This document shows positions 38,030-48,106 of a DNA stretch of 56,841 bases, piece by piece; position 1 is the first letter of the stretch; every line of letters starts with the position of its first letter. Both the position numbers and the translations under genes were made by a program. The stretch is taken from IMG/VR virus record IMGVR_UViG_3300042402_005702, positions 1 to 56,841 of that record, one strand, 5' to 3'. Under the pieces are notes generated by a model. The model was not told the origin of the DNA, did no database searches, and saw only the letters and a list, made by a program, of their open reading frames with translations. The DNA comes from a virus. Taxonomy: Duplodnaviria > Caudoviricetes.

Positions 38030-38892
38030 AAACAACAACGGCGCGCGTGGTGGACTTCACCGACGGACGCTTTGTTTTGGTGTTCCCCTACGACCCCGCC
38101 CTCGTAGCCGCCGTCAAGGAAATCGACGGTCGGCGCTTTGACCCCGACTCAAAGACATGGAACGCCCCGTTCTCCAGCGCCCTGCAGGTGCGCGCCGTGT
38201 GCGCCACACACGCCTTTGAAGCCTCCCACATGGCAACCACCGCATTTCGCGCCGATGAAGCCCCAGAAGCCCGCACGTCGCCTGTCGGCGGAACCATCAC
38301 CCAAAAGGCGCACAGGTTCCTCATCAAATTCCCCTACGACCCCGACGCTGTGCGCGCCATCAAAGAAATCAACGGTCGCCGGTGGAGTCCCGAAGACAAA
38401 GTCTGGTTAGTCCCAATTTCGTCCGTCCGCCTTGTTCGCGAGTTCTGCGACAAATTCGGCATCGACATGACCGCCATCAACCAAGTCCCCGACTCCGACC
38501 CCGTCATCGAGCCAGACATCAGCATTGACCAGCACGGCTTCGTTATTCGCTTCCCCTACGACCGCGACCTCACCCAACGGATCCAAGACCTACCCACCGC
38601 CTCGTTTGACAGGCTGATGGGTTGCTGGCGAGTCAACAGGTCAGCGTCCATCGACCTTGCATTGTTCGCCGAAGCAACGAACTCCGTCACAAATGACGCA
38701 GTCGCCGACATCTTCGTTGAAGCGCAGAAACAACTCGCCCGCATTGAAAAGTCACGCGCTGTCGACGCTGAACTGAACATCCCAAACCTCAACGGCGTGT
38801 TGCTCCCATTTCAACGCGCAGGCGTTGTCTACGCTTTGGAGTCATTGGGCTACGAACAGCAACCCGACGGCACATGGCAAAGGAACAAATAA
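38026..38892 (+). CDS. N-terminal part of an SNF2/HARP-like helicase (three FPYD repeats + Q motif)
   Basis: FPYD..K.I.GRR..W three times; LLPFQRAGV. Confidence 0.75.
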   Translation: MKTTTARVVDFTDGRFVLVFPYDPALVAAVKEIDGRRFDPDSKTWNAPFSSALQVRAVCATHAFEASHMATTAFRADEAPEARTSPVGGTITQKAHRFLIKFPYDPDAVRAIKEINGRRWSPEDKVWLVPISSVRLVREFCDKFGIDMTAINQVPDSDPVIEPDISIDQHGFVIRFPYDRDLTQRIQDLPTASFDRLMGCWRVNRSASIDLALFAEATNSVTNDAVADIFVEAQKQLARIEKSRAVDAELNIPNLNGVLLPFQRAGVVYALESLGYEQQPDGTWQRNK

Positions 38893-38896
38893 ATGC

Positions 38897-38926
38897 TTGA
38901 CCGCACTTCACAAACCCCGTTAGAGT
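38897..38926 (+). promoter_or_regulatory. Internal promoter TTGACC-18-TAGAGT, leaderless GTG 38934
   Basis: Read directly. Confidence 0.65.
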
Positions 38927-38933
38927 TCCCGCC

Positions 38934-40256
38934 GTGACAGGCGTCCTCATCGCAGACGAGCAAGGACTCGGCAAAACAGTCCAAGCCCTCGCCATTCTGG
39001 AAGCATCAAACGCGTACCCCGCCATCGTTGTAGCCCCAACCTCGGTGCGTCTCAACTGGCAACGCGAAATCCGCAACTGGCTCCCACACCGCACCATCGA
39101 CATCGCCTACGGCACCAAAGGCGATCCAAAACAAGCCGACATCACCATCGTCGGATGGGACACACTCCACGCATGGGAACCACGACTGTCACCATTCGCT
39201 GTCGTCTTTGACGAGGCGCACCTCGCCAAGAATGGACAAGCCCGCCGAACACAATCGGCAGTTGCACTTGCCGACCGCGCCCGCGACAACGGCGGCTACG
39301 TCATCGCACTCACCGGCACACCCGTCCTCAACAGGGTCGGCGAACTTGTCTCCCAACTCCGCATCATCGGCAGACTGAACGAGTTCGGCGGCGCGCGCGG
39401 CTTCAAAATGAACTACAAAGCACCCGAAAGCCGACCACTCCTCAACCGTCAACTTCGCGCCAGATGCTTCGTTCGCCGAAGGAAAGACGACGTCCTAAAG
39501 GAGTTGCCGCCGAAGCGGTACGCCCAACTCCTCATTGAAGGCGACCCGGCAATCATGCGGAAGTACCGAAAAGCCGAGGAAGACATCGTCCGCTACCTCG
39601 CCCAAATCGTCCAAGACGCCGCCATCGCGTCGGGACTCGACACCGAGTCAGCCCGCAAAGCGGCAGGCGAGAAAGCACTCCGCGCCCAATCCGCACAACA
39701 CCTCGTCGCAGTCACCACCCTCAAACAAATCGCAGTCGAGGCAAAACGACACGCCATCGACCAATGGCTCGCTGACTTCACTGCCACCGGCAAGAAAGTC
39801 GTCGTGTTCGGCTGGCACCGCAACATCGTCCAATGGGTCGCAGAAGCCTACGGCGACGGTTGCCGCATACAAGGCGGAATGCCCGACGACGAGAAACAAG
39901 CCTGCATCGACAAATTCCAAAACGACGACACCCAACAAGTCATCTCTTGCTCCATCAAAGCCGCAGGAGTTGGTATCACCCTCACGGCGGCATCTGATGT
40001 TCTTTTCATTGAACAAGGCTGGAATCCCGCCGACCAAGACCAAGCCTCCGACAGATGCCACCGGATCGGACAAACCGACAGCGTCACCGTCTACACCGCG
40101 TTGTGTAACGAAACAGTCGATGAAGACATCTACGAACTCATCCAAAGCAAACGCCAAATCGTCAACGCCATCACCGACGGCACAGCCCCAGACCCCAACC
40201 AAGACGACAGCATCCTCGGCGAACTCCTCGTCCGACTAGCGAACCGAGCATCATGA
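38934..40256 (+). CDS. SNF2-like helicase core
   Basis: ADEQGLGKT, DEAH, LTGTP, G.GITLTAA, QASDRCHRIGQ. Confidence 0.9.
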   Translation: MTGVLIADEQGLGKTVQALAILEASNAYPAIVVAPTSVRLNWQREIRNWLPHRTIDIAYGTKGDPKQADITIVGWDTLHAWEPRLSPFAVVFDEAHLAKNGQARRTQSAVALADRARDNGGYVIALTGTPVLNRVGELVSQLRIIGRLNEFGGARGFKMNYKAPESRPLLNRQLRARCFVRRRKDDVLKELPPKRYAQLLIEGDPAIMRKYRKAEEDIVRYLAQIVQDAAIASGLDTESARKAAGEKALRAQSAQHLVAVTTLKQIAVEAKRHAIDQWLADFTATGKKVVVFGWHRNIVQWVAEAYGDGCRIQGGMPDDEKQACIDKFQNDDTQQVISCSIKAAGVGITLTAASDVLFIEQGWNPADQDQASDRCHRIGQTDSVTVYTALCNETVDEDIYELIQSKRQIVNAITDGTAPDPNQDDSILGELLVRLANRAS

Positions 40257-40696
40257 ACAAACCAGACTGGTGGGACACCGCAAACTGTCGAGGCATCGGC
40301 TTTGACCTTTTCTTCGCCCCTTCGTACCCCGTAACAGAAACACTCGCCGAACGCAGAAAACGCGAAGCCCGCGCCAAAACCATCTGCCGGTCATGCCCCG
40401 TCAAAGCAACCTGCCTACGCGACGCCCTAGAAAACGGCGACGACGGAGTTCGTGGCGGCACAACACCATCCGAACGGCGACGCATGGTCGCGCCACTCCC
40501 CGAAAGGCGGTACGCCGTGACCGACCAGAATTGGACAATCGTTGTCAACCGCCCCGGCATCGCTTCACGAGGACAGTTCCGACTCGAGCAAAACGTCAAT
40601 GACCCGCAAATGTTCCGCGTGGTCAAAGACGACCAAACCATCTCCACCCACACAGGCGAGTTGGAAGCGTGGATGGCGCTCCACAAAGCAACCTGA
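40253..40696 (+). CDS. whiB: WhiB-family transcription factor with a C-terminal extension
   Basis: W..A.C..FF..AK.IC..CPV..CL..AL..GV.GG.T..ER. Confidence 0.85.
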   Translation: MNKPDWWDTANCRGIGFDLFFAPSYPVTETLAERRKREARAKTICRSCPVKATCLRDALENGDDGVRGGTTPSERRRMVAPLPERRYAVTDQNWTIVVNRPGIASRGQFRLEQNVNDPQMFRVVKDDQTISTHTGELEAWMALHKAT

Positions 40697-40724
40697 TAGC
40701 CTCAACCGTAGTCAAGGAGAAATC

Positions 40725-41921
40725 ATGTCCGACCGTGTCCTAGTGACCACCGTGAACGCACCCGTCGCCAAACTGCGACCACACCCGCGCAACCCGCGAC
40801 GCGGCAACACAACACTCATCGCTGAAAGCCTGCAACATCACGGACAGTACCGTCCGATTGTCGTTCAACGCTCTACAGGGTTTATCCTCGCGGGCAACCA
40901 CACTTTCCTCGCCGCAAAGCAACTCGGATGGGAAAACGTCGCAGTCACCTACCTCGACGTTGACGACGCCACCGCCGAACGCATCCTTCTCGCCGACAAC
41001 CGAACATCCGACTTGGCGTCCTACGACGACAACGCGCTCGCTTCCCTGCTTCATTCGCTTCCCGACCTCGACGGGACAGGGTTCACTCAAATCGACCTTG
41101 ACACCCTCGACGGCGTGTTCAGCGACACCGACGAACCCGACCCGAAACCCATCACCGACCCGAAACCCAAAGCCACCATCCGCATTTCCGCCCACCAACT
41201 GTGGGTTGACTCCGAACCGCTCGATGTGTGGCGTTCCCGTTTCGCCGACCTCGACAAACGCGCAACCAGCGAACTGCTCCGTTCCCTGCTTGGTTTCCCC
41301 GATCCGGTGAAAGCCAACCCCAAAGAACGACACGCACCCGAAAACGTCACCGCGCAAGTCGAGACAGTCCCCATCAAAACACTCGTCCCTTTTGACGGCA
41401 ACGCCCGCGAAGGCGACATCGGAGCCATCAGCGAATCCCTCAAACACCTCGGACAGTACCGCCCCGTCGTCGTGCGCCGTGAAACAAACCAAATCCTCGT
41501 CGGCAACCACACATGGCGCGCCGCCAAACACCTCGGCTGGAAGAACATCGCAGTCGCATGGGTTGACGTCGACGACGAACAGGCAACCCGCATCGTCCTC
41601 ATCGACAACCGAACCAGCGATTTGTCTGGCTACGACGACGACGCACTCCTCGCACTCCTCACAAACGTCACCGAACTCGACGGCACAGGCTTCACACCCG
41701 AAGACCTCGACGACCTACTCAACGACATCAAACGGGACAAAGAACACAAACCAGCCCCAACCAAAGACGTCAAATGCATCGTCGACAAGTGGTCATTCAA
41801 AGTAACCCCACTTGAGTACGCTGACTGGTTGGGGAAACAAATCGACCAAGACATCCCCGCAAACATCGCACACCGACTCGGCTTACCAGACGGGTCATGG
41901 ACAACGGAGAACCCACAATGA
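40725..41921 (+). CDS. Tandem ParB/Srx-like N-domain protein
   Basis: Two copies of N.R..I.ESL..GQYRP.VV..IL.GNHT..AAK.LGW..DNRTSDL. Confidence 0.85.
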   Translation: MSDRVLVTTVNAPVAKLRPHPRNPRRGNTTLIAESLQHHGQYRPIVVQRSTGFILAGNHTFLAAKQLGWENVAVTYLDVDDATAERILLADNRTSDLASYDDNALASLLHSLPDLDGTGFTQIDLDTLDGVFSDTDEPDPKPITDPKPKATIRISAHQLWVDSEPLDVWRSRFADLDKRATSELLRSLLGFPDPVKANPKERHAPENVTAQVETVPIKTLVPFDGNAREGDIGAISESLKHLGQYRPVVVRRETNQILVGNHTWRAAKHLGWKNIAVAWVDVDDEQATRIVLIDNRTSDLSGYDDDALLALLTNVTELDGTGFTPEDLDDLLNDIKRDKEHKPAPTKDVKCIVDKWSFKVTPLEYADWLGKQIDQDIPANIAHRLGLPDGSWTTENPQ

Positions 41922-42166
41922 CCGAACAACGCGTAGTCGACGGCGCAGGCGCAGGCGAGGAACTTTGCCGAATCCTCAAACTCGACCAAAACAAAGTGAT
42001 GCGCATCCTCATCCAAGCCGAACCCGGCAAGCCCCTGTTCGCCCACGTCTCCCTGCTGGTCGACAACGAAGAACAACAAGAGATGTTCACCTTCCTTGAA
42101 CCCCTAGAACGACTCGACCCCATCAACGACACCGCCCAAGGCAACGGCTTATGGACACCGCGCTAA
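41918..42166 (+). CDS. Hypothetical protein
   Basis: ATGA overlap with RBS. Confidence 0.5.
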   Translation: MTEQRVVDGAGAGEELCRILKLDQNKVMRILIQAEPGKPLFAHVSLLVDNEEQQEMFTFLEPLERLDPINDTAQGNGLWTPR

Positions 42167-42411
42167 CTGAACGATGCGACAAATGCGACCAACTGCTGTA
42201 CCAGTGCGTCTGCGGCAAACCAAACCTGTCCCTCGCCGAATGGCTGACATACGGACGCGGACGAGGCTGGATTAGCCCCATCGTGTGCGAAACCCACAAC
42301 GGAGTCCCCGTCAGCGACACCGAAGCACAGCAATTTGATAGCGGAGACGACATCTGCATTTTCGCGATGCGTTTCTACACCAACCCCACCGAAACAGAAA
42401 GCCACCCATGA
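42151..42411 (+). CDS. Cys-rich hypothetical protein
   Basis: WL..G..GWIS..VC.TH.G.P..E..G.D.C motif. Confidence 0.55.
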   Translation: MDTALTERCDKCDQLLYQCVCGKPNLSLAEWLTYGRGRGWISPIVCETHNGVPVSDTEAQQFDSGDDICIFAMRFYTNPTETESHP

Positions 42412-43637
42412 GCAACATCGCAAAAGACCTCGACAGCCTCAAAGTCCCCATTGACAACCTGACAGCCCTCGACAAGAACGCCCGCCGAGGCGACGTCGAC
42501 GCAGTCGCGAAGTCCTACAAAGCGTTCGGACAACGCAAACCAATCGTCGCCCGCAAGACAAAGGGCGTCAAGAACGGCAAACCCACAGGCATGGTCATCG
42601 CAGGCAACCACCAACTCCTCGCCGCGAAACAACTCGGCTGGACAGAAATCGCTGTCGTGTTCACAGACGACGACGCGAAAACAGCACGCGCGTTCGCCCT
42701 CGCCGACAACCGCACCCACGACCTCGGAACATACGACAACGTCCTCCTCGCCGAACTCCTAGAAGAAGTCAAAGTGGACTCCGATTTGTTTGAAGCGACA
42801 GGCTTCAACGCCAAAGACCTCAAAACACTCCTCTCCGACAACGCCAAACGAAACAAGACCATCGGCGAAACAGACCCCGACGACATCCCCGAAACCCCAG
42901 AAACACCCAAATCCAAACTTGGCGACGTTTACCAACTCGACGAACACCGCCTCATCGTCGGCGACTCCACCAACCCCGACACTTACGCCAAACTCCTCCA
43001 AGGCGTCAAAGCACAGATGTGTTTCACCGACCCGCCGTACAACGTCAACTACAAATCCGCCAACGACAACGTCACCAAGAAACAAATCATGAACGACAAC
43101 CTCGGCGACGACTTCTACGCATTCCTCCACGACGCCTGCCAACAAATCGTCACCAACACCGAAGGTGCGTGCTACATCGCCATGTCGTCCAGCGAACTCC
43201 ACACACTCCAACGCGCGTGGATCGCCGTCGGCGGACACTGGTCAACATTCATCATCTGGGCAAAGAACACCTTCACCCTCGGACGTTCCGACTACCACCG
43301 CCAATACGAACCAATCCTGTACGGCTGGAACAAGAAAACAGGACACAAATGGCACGGCGACCGCTCCCAAGGCGACGTCTGGTTCGTGGACAAACCCCGC
43401 AAATCCGACCTGCACCCCACAATGAAGCCAGTGGAACTCGTCGAGAAAGCCATCCACAACTCCAGCCAAATCGGAGAAATCATCCTCGACCCCTTCGGCG
43501 GCTCCGGCACGACACTTATTGCCGCCGAACGCACAGGACGCGTCGCACGCATCATTGAACTCGACCCACGCTTCGCCGACGTCATCGTAAAACGATGGGA
43601 AGACCACACAGGTCGCATCGCAACCAAACTGAAGTAA
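42408..43637 (+). CDS. ParB-like domain + DNA amino-methyltransferase (DPPY, likely N6-A)
   Basis: TDPPYN, HPTMKP, DPFGGSGTT. Confidence 0.9.
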   Translation: MSNIAKDLDSLKVPIDNLTALDKNARRGDVDAVAKSYKAFGQRKPIVARKTKGVKNGKPTGMVIAGNHQLLAAKQLGWTEIAVVFTDDDAKTARAFALADNRTHDLGTYDNVLLAELLEEVKVDSDLFEATGFNAKDLKTLLSDNAKRNKTIGETDPDDIPETPETPKSKLGDVYQLDEHRLIVGDSTNPDTYAKLLQGVKAQMCFTDPPYNVNYKSANDNVTKKQIMNDNLGDDFYAFLHDACQQIVTNTEGACYIAMSSSELHTLQRAWIAVGGHWSTFIIWAKNTFTLGRSDYHRQYEPILYGWNKKTGHKWHGDRSQGDVWFVDKPRKSDLHPTMKPVELVEKAIHNSSQIGEIILDPFGGSGTTLIAAERTGRVARIIELDPRFADVIVKRWEDHTGRIATKLK

Positions 43638-43646
43638 GGAACACCA

Positions 43647-44096
43647 ATGGCAACCCGCAAAACACAACCCCGCAAACAGGGACGCCCATCCAAACTGACC
43701 GAGGAAGTCCAAAACCGCATCCTGCGCGCCGTCCAGTCAGGCAACTGGCTAGAAACAGCATCCGCCTACGCAGGTGTCGACGCATCAACAGTTCGCCGAT
43801 GGATTGCCAAAGGAGAAGCCGACGACGCCGAGGAGCCTTATCGCTCGTTTTGCGCGGCAATAAAACAAGCACGCGCCGAAGCGGAAATCCGCGCGGTTGC
43901 CCTCATTCAAAAGGCGGCACAGGACGGCACATGGCAAGCGTCCGCGTGGTACCTTGAGCGTTCTCACCCTGACCGTTGGGGAAGGAAACGCCTAGAGATA
44001 ACAGGCGCAGACAGCCAACCCGTCCGAGTTGAAGTTGACGTTGAAAGCCTCGACGCCAAACTGAAAGCCCTCCTAGACAAGGAAACACCGAAATGA
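43647..44096 (+). CDS. Putative terminase small subunit (HTH)
   Basis: GRPSKLT..WQA.AW.LER..P..W motif; upstream of terL. Confidence 0.7.
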   Translation: MATRKTQPRKQGRPSKLTEEVQNRILRAVQSGNWLETASAYAGVDASTVRRWIAKGEADDAEEPYRSFCAAIKQARAEAEIRAVALIQKAAQDGTWQASAWYLERSHPDRWGRKRLEITGADSQPVRVEVDVESLDAKLKALLDKETPK

Positions 44097-44392
44097 CCGT
44101 CGAGCATTACCAATTCACCGTCAACCCAACCACCCCAACCGAACTCACAGGCATCACCTCGTCAGGGAAGCGGAATGGACTCACCATCATCCTGAACACC
44201 GACAAGAACAACAACGTCGCTGTTTTCATCGGTGGCTCAACAGTCACGAACACCAACTTCGGCTACCACATGGACGCCGACGAAACGTTGAACCTGTCGG
44301 GAATGTTTGATGCGACCGACAAACTGTACGCCGTGTGCGCCTCCGGCGGTGCGGGTTCGGCAGTGATACACGTTCTGGTTGTCGGCAAATAA
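44093..44392 (+). CDS. Small beta-rich hypothetical protein
   Basis: VFIGG..VT..G..LYA pattern. Confidence 0.6.
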   Translation: MTVEHYQFTVNPTTPTELTGITSSGKRNGLTIILNTDKNNNVAVFIGGSTVTNTNFGYHMDADETLNLSGMFDATDKLYAVCASGGAGSAVIHVLVVGK

Positions 44393-44397
44393 GGCGT

Positions 44398-46020
44398 ATG
44401 GCGACTGACTCCCTCGACCGCCTCCTGCGGCTTGATGAACGCGAACGACGCAAAGTCCTCGCATCATTGACCGAAGTTGAGCGAGCCACAGTCGCCCTTC
44501 TCATCGACCAACGCATCAGCAACCCTTGGTCAAAATACGAAGATGACCCCGTCGGCTTCGTAACCCAAGGACTCGGCGAAAGCCTCTGGTCGAGACAAAG
44601 AGAGATACTCGAGTCCCTCCGCGAAAACAAACGAACCGTCGTCCCCGCCTGCCACGCGCCGGGCAAATCCCACCTCGCCGCGCGCGCCGTCGCATGGTGG
44701 ATTGCCGTCCACCCGCCCGGCACAGCAATGGCGGTCACCACAGCGACAACATTCAGACAGGTGCGAAACATCCTGTGGACGCAGTTGCGGCGACTCCAAC
44801 AAACCCACAACCTGCCCGGCGAAACGACCCAGATTGAATGGCGCATCGGCACCGAACTTGTCGCCTACGGCTTCTCACCGCGAGACACCGATGAAACATC
44901 CGTGCAGGGTATTCACGCCCCGCACCTGCTGGTCGTAGTCGACGAAGCAGGAGGCATCCCACACACCCTTGGACGCGCGCTGGAAGCGATTATGACGGGC
45001 GGACACACCCGACTGCTTGCCATCGGCAACCCGCCAACGGACGTCGAGGATTCGTGGTTTGAACGCATCTGCAACAGCGACCTCTACAACGTCATCCCCA
45101 TTTCGGTGTTTGACACGCCGAACTTCACCGGCGAGGAAGTCGACATTTGCCGAACCTGCCCGCGCGAAGTGTTGCCCCATTCCATCAAAACGCACCTCGT
45201 CGACCAAGAATGGGTGCGCGACGTACTGAACGAATTCGGCGAAGAGTCCGCCTTCGTTGAAGCCCGTGTCCACGCCCGTTTCCCACGATCCGCGCCAAAC
45301 AAGGTCATCCCGCTTTCATGGGTTGAGGCGGCACAAGAAAACAACAACCCAATCCAATCCACCGAAATCCGCCTCGGAGTTGACGTAGCCGCCGACGGTG
45401 GAGACGAGTTTGTCATCGCCCGCGCCGACGGATTTGAAGTCACCATGCGCCACCATTCATCAGGGCAGTCCAACCAAAACGCGGTCGACGTTGCAGGTGT
45501 TGTCCTTGAGCAAATCCGCCAAGCCGAAGCCGACGCCCGCGAACGGCGCGTCCGTGAACCCGTCAAAGTCAAAATTGACACCATCGGCGTTGGTTGGGGT
45601 GTCGTGTCAATCCTTCAAAGATGGAAGGACGAACAGATGCATTCATCGACCATCGTCCCCGTCAATGTCGCCGAACGCGCGCGCGACGCAGGCAAATTCT
45701 CCAACCAGCGCTCCGAAATGTGGTGGAACGCCCGCACCCTGTTCCAGCCCCAAGTCCGCACCGAAGGCGCTGAACCCACCCAAGACGTCAAATTGTCCAT
45801 TGACCGGCGAACGCTTGCGCAACTTTCCGCACCGCTTTACAAGTCCGACTCGTCAGGGCGCATCAAAATTGAAACGAAAATCGAGATGAAGCGTCGCGGC
45901 ATCAACAGCCCAGACCGCGCCGAAGCAGTCCTTTTGGCGCTGTATGACCCGCCGGGCGCTGGCGATGTTCCATTGGTGAACCCTGTCGGACTCGACCAAA
46001 CGAACCTGTGGTCGTTCTAG
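44398..46020 (+). CDS. terL: Terminase large subunit
   Basis: CHAPGKS, VVVDEA, IGNP, LGVDVA, SPDRAEA. Confidence 0.9.
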   Translation: MATDSLDRLLRLDERERRKVLASLTEVERATVALLIDQRISNPWSKYEDDPVGFVTQGLGESLWSRQREILESLRENKRTVVPACHAPGKSHLAARAVAWWIAVHPPGTAMAVTTATTFRQVRNILWTQLRRLQQTHNLPGETTQIEWRIGTELVAYGFSPRDTDETSVQGIHAPHLLVVVDEAGGIPHTLGRALEAIMTGGHTRLLAIGNPPTDVEDSWFERICNSDLYNVIPISVFDTPNFTGEEVDICRTCPREVLPHSIKTHLVDQEWVRDVLNEFGEESAFVEARVHARFPRSAPNKVIPLSWVEAAQENNNPIQSTEIRLGVDVAADGGDEFVIARADGFEVTMRHHSSGQSNQNAVDVAGVVLEQIRQAEADARERRVREPVKVKIDTIGVGWGVVSILQRWKDEQMHSSTIVPVNVAERARDAGKFSNQRSEMWWNARTLFQPQVRTEGAEPTQDVKLSIDRRTLAQLSAPLYKSDSSGRIKIETKIEMKRRGINSPDRAEAVLLALYDPPGAGDVPLVNPVGLDQTNLWSF

Positions 46021-46370
46021 GCGTTCGCGAGGATTTGTTCGTGACCGAAATGCCACCAATCCTCGCCGTACACCTGTGACGGGTGCGCACCCCGTTTGAT
46101 GCACATCTTGTCGGCAACGAAAATGTCGACTCCGCCGCGACTGCGCCACCGGCGAAAGTTCTGCATCATCGAGCCTGAAATGCGGAGTTCTTCCTTTTCA
46201 ATGAACGCAATCAACGGTTCGGGGTCAATGAGAACGCTCGGTTCGGGGTTCTTACGCCGTTTCATGATGTGCGTCTGGTACGCGGCGGAACACACGTCGC
46301 ATCGACATTTCCAATGGCGGTAGCCCCACACGCCGTGCAGGTGGTTTGACATTTGAATTACCTCACCCAT
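46017..46370 (-). CDS. Zn-finger/HTH protein
   Basis: HG..GY..CRC..C; AD..C..HP..VYG..W. Confidence 0.6.
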   Translation of the reverse strand: MGEVIQMSNHLHGVWGYRHWKCRCDVCSAAYQTHIMKRRKNPEPSVLIDPEPLIAFIEKEELRISGSMMQNFRRWRSRGGVDIFVADKMCIKRGAHPSQVYGEDWWHFGHEQILANA

Positions 46371-47013
46371 TTTGGTTCGCTTCGTTCTTTGGGAGTGTTG
46401 AGTCAAGCAGGTCTTTCAGGTCAAGTGCCTGCGCCCATGCGTCGGATAATGCGTGGTGAGGCAAGTCCGCTTCGTGGGTTCGTCCCCAACTGTCCCATCC
46501 GTGTTGTGCCGCGAGTCCGAAATACATCGACCGCAAGCACAGCGCGCGGTAGTGAAACGGCTTAGGGTTGGCGACGGTGCCATGCCAGAACGCATCAAAC
46601 CAAGCGTGGTCAAACACGACGGGGTTCGCGCAGAACACTCGGTGCTTGATGGGGATTGGCACGCGCTGTTCGGCGCACACACCCTCAACAAAGTCGATTA
46701 ACTGCGAGGCGGCTTGAATCGGGGACAACCTTTCACGGCTCAAATCCCGAAACGCTTCATCCTGAACACGCTCGTCTTGCTTCAGCCACCACGACAGCGT
46801 TGATGTTGGATCCGTCAACGTCTGAAACCATTCGTGGTAGAAGTCCGTCTGGTCGATGCGAACGTAGAACTGATGGTCGTGCAGGACTTTTGCCTCCGAC
46901 CCCGCTTCCCACAGCACCGGCTGAAGCGCAAGCGTTAACAGCCTGCCTTCGCGCGGGTCAGTGTGGGTTGTCTCAACATCGCAGGAAAAGAAAATCGTCG
47001 GTGATTTGTCCAT
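46363..47013 (-). CDS. DEDDh 3'-5' exonuclease
   Basis: CDVET, N..FD, HHALSDA..QA. Confidence 0.85.
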   Translation of the reverse strand: MDKSPTIFFSCDVETTHTDPREGRLLTLALQPVLWEAGSEAKVLHDHQFYVRIDQTDFYHEWFQTLTDPTSTLSWWLKQDERVQDEAFRDLSRERLSPIQAASQLIDFVEGVCAEQRVPIPIKHRVFCANPVVFDHAWFDAFWHGTVANPKPFHYRALCLRSMYFGLAAQHGWDSWGRTHEADLPHHALSDAWAQALDLKDLLDSTLPKNEANQNG

Positions 47014-47180
47014 CAATCTTCCTCCACAACCGTGACACAGCGTTCGCGACCCCATCGGTCTTCAACGACCGTCTTGTCGCATTGGACTTCAAATTGGATG
47101 TCGTTGTAAATCGCGATGGCACACACCGCAACGAACAACCCAACCAAGAATCCGATGAGGACTTCGTAGTAGTCGCGCAT
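47013..47180 (-). CDS. Small membrane protein
   Basis: One TM segment; operon arrangement. Confidence 0.5.
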   Translation of the reverse strand: MRDYYEVLIGFLVGLFVAVCAIAIYNDIQFEVQCDKTVVEDRWGRERCVTVVEED

Positions 47181-47383
47181 CACCGCACCTCGGCTTTGAC
47201 TGGTCGCGACCATGTTTCCCATGAGTCGTCGCGGCGGGCGAGGTTGGCGGACACCTTGATGCCTTCGTCGGTCATCTCAACGAACACCGAGATGAGGATT
47301 TCGCCGCCACCGAACATCCCGTCGGGATCGGCGACGACAAGCGGGAAGTAGCCACCGCGACTGGAAGTGTGCTGGTCACTCAT
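47180..47383 (-). CDS. Hypothetical protein
   Basis: Operon arrangement. Confidence 0.5.
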   Translation of the reverse strand: MSDQHTSSRGGYFPLVVADPDGMFGGGEILISVFVEMTDEGIKVSANLARRDDSWETWSRPVKAEVR

Positions 47384-47558
47384 CGTTGCCACCACCGTTC
47401 TTTGCCCATCGGTCTTTCGGGGTCAGTGGGATTTTCGCGAAGTCCATCATCGCTTCCTCGACACCGCATTCAGAACAAATCTGACTGCGGTTGTCGACGC
47501 GGGACAGCGCGGGGTGTTTGGTCATGCGGTTTTGACCGCATCGTGGACAGGTTCTCAT
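47376..47558 (-). CDS. Small zinc-finger protein
   Basis: CPRC..PALSR.DN..ICS.CG..EA motif. Confidence 0.7.
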   Translation of the reverse strand: MRTCPRCGQNRMTKHPALSRVDNRSQICSECGVEEAMMDFAKIPLTPKDRWAKNGGGNDE

Positions 47559-48076
47559 CGGGTTGAGTCTCCTTCGGGTTGGTTGGGGTTAGACATTGCC
47601 ACATGGGTGGGTCGTTGGCGCGCACCCGCTTCGGCGGCTTCGGCGGACGTCATCACCATGCGTCCGACATTCCAGCCGACGGGAACTTTCTCTCCTTCGG
47701 GCATCACCCAAAGGTGGTAGGAGTTCGCTTCGTCGACAAGACGTGATTCGGCGGGGTAAATCTCCAAAGCCTCGCGCTCCACGCCAGCGAGTTCGTTCTT
47801 GATGCGTTGGAACTGTCGCCAATCCCGAACGGCACGTCGGTCGTTGTGCCGAATGGACAGGTGAAGCCATCCTGCGTGGTTGCCAGCCCCGCTGAGGTAG
47901 CGGACATGGACGTGGTAGTGCGAATTGTGGAACAGGACGCAGTCGCCAGTGTCAAACTCGGCGCGCATCGAGTCGTAAGCCGCGGGGTCGATGGCGCGGG
48001 CACGTTCGTTGTGGGTGGGAACGGCACGCTGGAATGGTGTCCACTCGCGGCGAGTGGGTTTGCGTTTCTTGCTCAA
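47555..48076 (-). CDS. Conserved phage hypothetical protein
   Basis: HLSI..DW..Q.IKNEL.G.E.EA.EIYPAESRLVD.AN.YHLW motif. Confidence 0.7.
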   Translation of the reverse strand: MSKKRKPTRREWTPFQRAVPTHNERARAIDPAAYDSMRAEFDTGDCVLFHNSHYHVHVRYLSGAGNHAGWLHLSIRHNDRRAVRDWRQFQRIKNELAGVEREALEIYPAESRLVDEANSYHLWVMPEGEKVPVGWNVGRMVMTSAEAAEAGARQRPTHVAMSNPNQPEGDSTR

Positions 48077-48106
48077 GAAGGCTCCTTCGGGTATGAGGTT
48101 CGGGGA

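Noticed and set aside
38880-38934. Ribosomal bypass or intron joining the helicase halves
   Set aside because: No in-frame landing codon matches the AAA before the stop, the gap is too short for a self-splicing intron, and a promoter explains it. Not excluded experimentally.
40725-43637. ParB domains as a plasmid-prophage partition system
   Set aside because: No ParA is present, and the domains are the methyltransferase-associated type without a recognisable parS-binding HTH.
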